A DNA stretch of 64,000 bases from Bacteriovoracaceae bacterium (GTDB taxonomy: Bacteria; Bdellovibrionota; Bacteriovoracia; Bacteriovoracales; Bacteriovoracaceae): assembly GCA_041586955.1 (NCBI GenBank), contig JBFGZE010000008.1, positions 1 through 64,000 of the forward strand. The letters run 5' to 3'. Each line of letters starts with the position of its first letter. Within the stretch, counting starts at the first letter, position 1. Below the pieces are notes generated by a model. The model was not told where the DNA came from, searched no databases, and worked only from the letters and a program-made list of their open reading frames with translations. Positions 58,210 to 64,000 of this stretch are shown one piece after another. A program made the position numbers and the translations under genes.

Positions 58210-58692
58210 TGTGTTGCTCTTTAATATACCGATGTGTTTTTTAATTAATTTATTGTTCCTAAACACGAAACTCGTGGGAAGCATTTCAATATTAAATTTG
58301 GGAACCCAAAATTGATCGTCATCAAATATATTTTTAAATTTAACTCGTTTTTGATTTAATAATTTTTTAGCTTTCTTTAAATCCTGCTTTTCATCAAGAT
58401 TTACTCCTATAACCGTAATATTATTTTCTTTTGACAGCTTATTTAATATGGGCAATTCTTCAATACAGGCCACGCAATATGTCGCCCAAAAATTGACAAT
58501 CACCCGAGTTTTTTCATCAGGCATGGGTTCTTCAAGAAAAGTTTTTGCTAATAATTCCTTATAACTCTTTTCAAAATTGTTTATATTTTTACCAATTTCA
58601 TCTTTGCCATGAACACTAAAAATTAACATTGAAGGAAGAATTAATGATATTATATTTATTAGATCGATTTTATTTTTTAAACTTATCAACAT
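58201..58692 (-). CDS. TlpA-family thioredoxin-like protein (start uncertain)
   Basis: VNFWATYCVACIEELP, LPTSF. Confidence 0.85.
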   Translation of the reverse strand: MLISLKNKIDLINIISLILPSMLIFSVHGKDEIGKNINNFEKSYKELLAKTFLEEPMPDEKTRVIVNFWATYCVACIEELPILNKLSKENNITVIGVNLDEKQDLKKAKKLLNQKRVKFKNIFDDDQFWVPKFNIEMLPTSFVFRNNKLIKKHIGILKSNTLQ

Positions 58693-58903
58693 GATTAAAC
58701 TACTTTGGCCTCGGTCCATTTTACAACGCGAACTTCTCAATCAAAAAGGACAAACCTTTTTCGAGTTTGTCTTCCTAATTTTGGTGCTATTTTCCCTGTC
58801 CTACGTATTATTAGCTGGCAGCGGAAAAGGAATTGGAGAGCGCTGGGTTAAACTCATTACAACTATTGTAGATAATAATAAAGAAAATATCCAACTGAGA
58901 TAG
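58691..58903 (+). CDS. Small Flp/TadE-type (type IVb) prepilin-like protein
   Basis: NQKG|QTFFEF followed by a hydrophobic helix; about 50-aa mature peptide. Confidence 0.6.
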   Translation: MIKLLWPRSILQRELLNQKGQTFFEFVFLILVLFSLSYVLLAGSGKGIGERWVKLITTIVDNNKENIQLR

Positions 58904-58912
58904 GATTTAACT

Positions 58913-60394
58913 ATGAACTTCATTTTATCAATTGATCAAGGGACAACGGGCACAACGATTACACTGATTGATACCGAATCTTTTCAGTTAAAATTCAAGG
59001 TTACTCATGAATTTGCACAAATTTACCCGAAACCTGGCTGGGTAGAGCATGACTTAGACGATATATGGAATACGATCGAGTTTGGCATAAAGAAAATTCT
59101 TTCTGATAACAATATAAAAACCGACCAAATAACGTGTATCGGAATTACAAACCAAAGAGAAACTGTCTGTGCACTTCATAGTGATGGCACACCTATTCGA
59201 AATGCGATTGTGTGGCAGGACCGCAGGACGAGTGAGTTTTGTAAATCTATCAAACGTCATAATGATACTATCTTTCATAAAACTGGCCTACCCATTGACC
59301 CCTACTTTTCTGCCAGTAAAATGACTTGGCTTTGGGAAAATGATCCCTATGTCAAAAAAGCAGCAAGTGAAAACGATTTACGACTGTGTAATATCGATTC
59401 TTATATTTTAATGAAATTAACTAATGGCCATTCATTTTACACAGAACCGAGTAACGCCAGTCGTACAATGTTATTTGATATAAACCAAGGGGACTGGGAT
59501 GATGATTTATGTGATCTATTCAAAGTCCAAACTGATTTTTTACCCCAGATAAAGAACTCTTTTGACCATTTTGGCGTAACGCAAGACCTGGGCTTTCTTC
59601 AAGATGGTATTCCCATAACTGGCATATTAGGGGACCAGCAGGCGGCACTATTTGGGCAAGGCTGTACACAATCTGGACAAATGAAATGCACCTACGGCAC
59701 AGGTAGTTTTCTATTGCTTAATACTGGTGAAGATATCGTCCATTCTAAAAATGGTCTCGTCACCACTATCGCCTATCGTTATAATAATATTGATATGTAC
59801 GCTATAGAGGGAAGTTGCTATATTGCCGGTGCTGCTGTTCAATGGTTACGTGACAATCTGGCGTTTTTTGAAACGTCGGAGCAAATTGAACAATTGGCCA
59901 AAGGAATAGAGAGTTTAGACAAAGTCAAAGATATTTTATTCCTTCCATTTTTTACCGGAATTGGTTCACCTTATTGGAAGGCCGATGCCAGGGCCTCAAT
60001 TCTTGGCTTGACAAGGGATAGTGGCAAATCCGAAATTTCACGCGCCTGCCTTGAAGGTATTGCTTTATCAATTAATGATTTAATTACCAGTATGGAAAAG
60101 GATACTGGTAGGAAAATTGAATCGTTAAAAGTAGATGGTGGTGCATGTATTAATAATCTTTTAATGCAAATTCAGTCCAATTTAAGCCTGTGTACAATTA
60201 TTAGACCTAAAATTATTGAAACCACTTCTTACGGAGCAGGCCTTGCCGCCGCCATTGGTAATGATCTCCTAAACTTCAATAATATTTCCAAATTTTGGAA
60301 AGAAGACGCACAATTTTTAATAGAAAATAAGGACCAGCAATACTACTCTCACAAAAAGCAAAAATGGGAGCAAGCTATTAAGGCCTTATATTAA
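58913..60394 (+). CDS. glpK: Glycerol kinase
   Basis: IDQGTT, PKPGWVEHD, GITNQRET, AIVWQDRRT, DPYFSA.K, GDQQAALFG, KCTYGTG. Confidence 0.95.
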   Translation: MNFILSIDQGTTGTTITLIDTESFQLKFKVTHEFAQIYPKPGWVEHDLDDIWNTIEFGIKKILSDNNIKTDQITCIGITNQRETVCALHSDGTPIRNAIVWQDRRTSEFCKSIKRHNDTIFHKTGLPIDPYFSASKMTWLWENDPYVKKAASENDLRLCNIDSYILMKLTNGHSFYTEPSNASRTMLFDINQGDWDDDLCDLFKVQTDFLPQIKNSFDHFGVTQDLGFLQDGIPITGILGDQQAALFGQGCTQSGQMKCTYGTGSFLLLNTGEDIVHSKNGLVTTIAYRYNNIDMYAIEGSCYIAGAAVQWLRDNLAFFETSEQIEQLAKGIESLDKVKDILFLPFFTGIGSPYWKADARASILGLTRDSGKSEISRACLEGIALSINDLITSMEKDTGRKIESLKVDGGACINNLLMQIQSNLSLCTIIRPKIIETTSYGAGLAAAIGNDLLNFNNISKFWKEDAQFLIENKDQQYYSHKKQKWEQAIKALY

Positions 60395-61741
60395 ATTTTT
60401 TAGCTCACTTGCTTGGGTAAGACCTTTAATTTTTAGATTAATTGTATGATTTAGTTCTTCCTCAATTTTTAGCGAGGTAAATAAGTATTTATAATTGAGA
60501 GAACTCATTTCCTTAATTCTTTTTTCATAATTTTGGACAGTACGAACCTCTCCACTTAACCCTAGCTCGCCCAAAAAGACATGGTCACTGGATATTGGCC
60601 TGGAGTAATACGAACTTATTAAAGAGGCCAGAATTGCTAAATCAGTTTCATGCGATGACATTTTGAGGCCACCCACTATATTGAGATAAATATCACTTGT
60701 CGATAAAGTGACACCTAAATATTTTTCCATAATAGCTATAATCATCATTAAGCGTCTCGGATCATAACCCTGGGTTGTTCGTCGTCCATTACCATATTTA
60801 TTCACGACAACAAGAGATTGAACTTCGACAAATAGAGATCTGCTCCCTTCTAACAAGCAGGCGATGGCCCGACCACAAGAATTTTCCAGATGTTCACCCC
60901 TAAAGTATTGTGCTGGATTTGCAACCTCAACCAAACCATTCGCTCTCATTTCAAATATTCCCACCTCATTCGTTGGGCCAAAGCGATTCTTAATCGCTCT
61001 CAAAATACGATATTGCCCATTTTGGTCACCTTCAAAATAAATAACTGTATCAACCATATGTTCTAAAATTTTTGGCCCAGCTATATTACCCTCTTTAGTG
61101 ATATGCCCGACGACAAAACAAGTAATATCATTAGACTTAATGAAGTTTATTAATTCATAAGTCACTTCTCTTATCTGATTAATAGAGCCTGGAGGGGATG
61201 CAATTTCATGGCTTATTGTCGTCTGGATTGAATCTATGACGAGAAAGTCGGGTTTTAATTTTTTAACCTTCTCTTTTATATTTTCCCAAATCGTATCGTG
61301 ATAAATATATAAATTGGAATCTATATTGGAAATCCTGTTTAATCTTTCCCCAATTTGTGAAAGCGATTCCTCGCCAGATACATAAAGTACTTTTTTACGA
61401 ATCAATTTAGCGAGATTACTCACGGCCATTCCAAGTAATGTTGACTTACCCACACCCGGCTCACCACCAATAAGAACCAATGAACCGACGTTAAGTCCTC
61501 CCCCTAAAACTCGATCAAATTCGTTAATACCCGTACTTATACGAGGATTTTTTTTAAAGACAATATCTTTTAATTTGATTATAGATTCTGAGGATTCAGT
61601 TTTTGTAGGGTTGAGATTATTTTTTGAGGAGTGTATCTCTTCAAATGAGTTCCACTCTTGGCATTGAGGACATCGACCTAACCATTGAGAACTTACCCTT
61701 TGACACACGACACAGCTAAACTTGCTTGTAATTTTTGCCAT
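60386..61741 (-). CDS. radA: DNA repair protein RadA/Sms
   Basis: N-terminal C4 zinc finger, GGEPGVGKSTL, KNRFG, GE.GLSGEVR. Confidence 0.96.
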   Translation of the reverse strand: MAKITSKFSCVVCQRVSSQWLGRCPQCQEWNSFEEIHSSKNNLNPTKTESSESIIKLKDIVFKKNPRISTGINEFDRVLGGGLNVGSLVLIGGEPGVGKSTLLGMAVSNLAKLIRKKVLYVSGEESLSQIGERLNRISNIDSNLYIYHDTIWENIKEKVKKLKPDFLVIDSIQTTISHEIASPPGSINQIREVTYELINFIKSNDITCFVVGHITKEGNIAGPKILEHMVDTVIYFEGDQNGQYRILRAIKNRFGPTNEVGIFEMRANGLVEVANPAQYFRGEHLENSCGRAIACLLEGSRSLFVEVQSLVVVNKYGNGRRTTQGYDPRRLMMIIAIMEKYLGVTLSTSDIYLNIVGGLKMSSHETDLAILASLISSYYSRPISSDHVFLGELGLSGEVRTVQNYEKRIKEMSSLNYKYLFTSLKIEEELNHTINLKIKGLTQASELKNLI

Positions 61742-61747
61742 TTTATT

Positions 61748-63631
61748 TCAAAGAATAGCTTGGAGATCCTCCTCATTGATAATCTTAACCCCAATTTCCT
61801 TCGCCTTTTTTGCCTTAGAACTTCCAGATTCTTTATCATTTGTTAGTAAATAATCGGTGTTCTTTGTAACTGAAGATACTAACAGTCCACCAGAGTTTCG
61901 AATCGATTCCTCAATTATATTTCGCTTTTGGGACAACGTCCCTGTAATACAGACTTTTTTTCCTGTAAGCTCTGATTGAATTATTTCCTTGGGTGCTTCA
62001 AATTTAAACCCGAGATCAATCAATTCATCAATTAAAATAAATTTCTCTTTTAAAGACGATAGGAAGTCTTCAGCTGACTTCTCAGCAAAGCCCTCGATAT
62101 GACATAATTTTTCTACCGTTAAGCTTTTAATTTTTTCAATTGAGTTATGACCTGCATTTACGATGCGTTCACATTTATTGAACGCCCCACCGGTAATTCC
62201 AAGGCTTGATAAAAATTTAACTAAGTTCGGATTTTTAACCGATTGAATCGAGTGAAATAATTTATCCGCTAATTTTTCTTTAACCTTATCTAATTTAAAG
62301 AGGTCTTCTTTTTCGAGTTTAAACAAATCGGGAATCGTCGAAACAATTTGTTTGAGAATCATTTCATCTAATCTTTTAGAGGATAAATCATCTATCCCAA
62401 TTTTTTGGATGAAGTTTAAAATCACTTCTTTAATTCTAGCGGGGCATTCAATGTTAGAGCATATTAATCGAATTTCATCTTCAATTAATGACGATTTACA
62501 CACTGGACACTCTGTAGGAACAACAAATGGGTTATCAGAGGAAACCTCAACTGCAACAAACTTTGGAATAACTTCACCACTTCGAATTATTTGGATTGTA
62601 TCCCCCACTTTTAGCTGATTGAGTTTTACTAATCCGAAGTTATGCAAAGTAACTCGACTTATTTTTGCACCAGAAAGCTCAACAGGTTTAACATTTGCAA
62701 CCGGCGTTAAAATACCATTACGAGAAACGGACCATTCAATTTTTTTAATAATTGTTGCTTTGGATTCACCCTCAAATTTGAAGGCCATTTTATAACGGGG
62801 GTGATGAGCAGTTTCCCCAAGTTCCTCATGAAGGGCCAAATCATTATAGGAAAAAACAATACCATCTATAAGGTGCGCACCATCTTCCATAAACTCTTTG
62901 GCAGTTTGTATAACTTCTTCAATCGTTTCTTTATTACGATGGATAATTATCTCAGAAGCATCAAAGCCCAATTCGTTTAATAATGCTGTTTTTTCTTCTT
63001 CTTTATTCAAGTTCAAATCATCTGAAATTATGTCGAATGCCTTAAAGTTTAAAAAGCGACATAATTCAAGATTGTCCTTACGACCCATAAAACCGGCAAC
63101 AATATTGCGAGGGTTGCTCGGTTTCTCTAGGCCGAGAGTAATCATTTCTGCTGATAATTTTATAAACTGTTCAAGCGAGCAATAAAGCTCTCCTCTTATT
63201 TCTAGCTTTCCTTTTATTTTTATCGTACGAGGAACAGTGTTAACCCAAAGCACACGTGACGTGATATTTTCACCGACACTTCCGTCTCCCCGTGTTTTTC
63301 CTACCCTTATTTTCCCATCCTCATACAGCAAAGAGCAGCTAACTCCATCGATTTTAAAAGTGCTAATAATCTCTTTATTATTGGCCCAGTCAAGAAGCTC
63401 TTTTAGTCGATACGTTTTGTTAAGGGATAACATTTTTTTGTCATGTGCTAATTTACCAGCATTATCGACAATAGCACCCACGATACTAAGAATCGGGTTA
63501 TCTGGATCGAGCTCTCTTAATTCATCTTCAAGTTTATCATAGTGAAAATCATCAATCTCAGGACGACCTTGATAATACAAGGCCTTATGGTAGGTAATTA
63601 AACCTTCTAACTCTTTGATACGCACATTCAT
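61748..63631 (-). CDS. ligA: NAD-dependent DNA ligase
   Basis: Y......I.D..YD, MLSL, KIDG, TRGDG..GE.IT, zinc finger, C-terminal BRCT. Confidence 0.96.
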   Translation of the reverse strand: MNVRIKELEGLITYHKALYYQGRPEIDDFHYDKLEDELRELDPDNPILSIVGAIVDNAGKLAHDKKMLSLNKTYRLKELLDWANNKEIISTFKIDGVSCSLLYEDGKIRVGKTRGDGSVGENITSRVLWVNTVPRTIKIKGKLEIRGELYCSLEQFIKLSAEMITLGLEKPSNPRNIVAGFMGRKDNLELCRFLNFKAFDIISDDLNLNKEEEKTALLNELGFDASEIIIHRNKETIEEVIQTAKEFMEDGAHLIDGIVFSYNDLALHEELGETAHHPRYKMAFKFEGESKATIIKKIEWSVSRNGILTPVANVKPVELSGAKISRVTLHNFGLVKLNQLKVGDTIQIIRSGEVIPKFVAVEVSSDNPFVVPTECPVCKSSLIEDEIRLICSNIECPARIKEVILNFIQKIGIDDLSSKRLDEMILKQIVSTIPDLFKLEKEDLFKLDKVKEKLADKLFHSIQSVKNPNLVKFLSSLGITGGAFNKCERIVNAGHNSIEKIKSLTVEKLCHIEGFAEKSAEDFLSSLKEKFILIDELIDLGFKFEAPKEIIQSELTGKKVCITGTLSQKRNIIEESIRNSGGLLVSSVTKNTDYLLTNDKESGSSKAKKAKEIGVKIINEEDLQAIL

Positions 63632-63640
63632 TCAGAACAC

Positions 63641-64000
63641 CTAGAAAATAAAGATTGTTCCGATCTTAAATAAGCTTTCTTTCATTTTCAAGGTCGTTTG
63701 TGTATTTGTGAATTTTGCCTTACTTCCCGTAATTTGATACGACAAGTCAAACTTCATTGTTGGATTATAATTATAATTACCGCCAAATCTAAACATATAA
63801 CTTGAAGACGAATCATCCTCCCCATGAAGGAATTGCTCTTCCTCATAAGTAGGATTAAATATTAACCCTAGCTCCAAATGCAAATTATAAAGTTTACTAA
63901 ATGGTACCGTACCTTTAGCCCCCAAGGACAGCCCTTTAAATTTAACCTCTAACAGCCCATCTGATAGTTGAGTATCAAGGCCATATCCTACAGATGTATA
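63641..64000 (-). CDS. C-terminal part of a probable outer-membrane beta-barrel protein (starts beyond the window)
   Basis: Frame open to 64000; alternating beta pattern; ends GTIFIF. Confidence 0.6.
   Translation of the reverse strand, partial: YTSVGYGLDTQLSDGLLEVKFKGLSLGAKGTVPFSKLYNLHLELGLIFNPTYEEEQFLHGEDDSSSSYMFRFGGNYNYNPTMKFDLSYQITGSKAKFTNTQTTLKMKESLFKIGTIFIF

Noticed and set aside
1..64000. CRISPR arrays, IS elements, prophage, defence systems, rRNA
   Set aside because: No regularly spaced repeats, transposase, integrase, phage or rRNA sequence recognised

Overview
This is an AT-rich (roughly 35% GC by eye), densely coding core-chromosome segment. Gene content and style suggest a predatory Bdellovibrionota bacterium of the Bacteriovorax/Halobacteriovorax type; this taxonomy is an inference. 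The window holds about 55 CDS and two tRNAs (Asn-GTT, Gln-TTG). Recognisable blocks are a bamD operon, an astC-like/astA/astD arginine-succinyltransferase block, iscA plus a YgfZ-TPR fusion, icmF-pduO, a CHASE2 kinase/sigma54 activator/lgt operon, amgK-murU, folK, etfBA, mrp, tRNA-Gln-prs-pth-ychF, a class A PBP, priA, galU, lptG plus an ArnT-like glycosyltransferase, def-fmt-rpe-hutHUI, glpK, radA and ligA. I saw no transposase, integrase, prophage or CRISPR array. The most notable oddities are: an orphan HExxH (aKG-HExxH-type) enzyme right behind tRNA-Asn with no rSAM or precursor; a YgfZ-TPR fusion paired with IscA; an archaeal-type endonuclease IV with its catalytic Glu replaced by Asn; an Mrp lacking CxxC; two degenerate M48-type pseudo-peptidases in envelope operons; and sigma28- or sigma54-driven secreted orphan proteins that are candidate predation factors. 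All calls rest on motif recognition by eye; no database searches were run.
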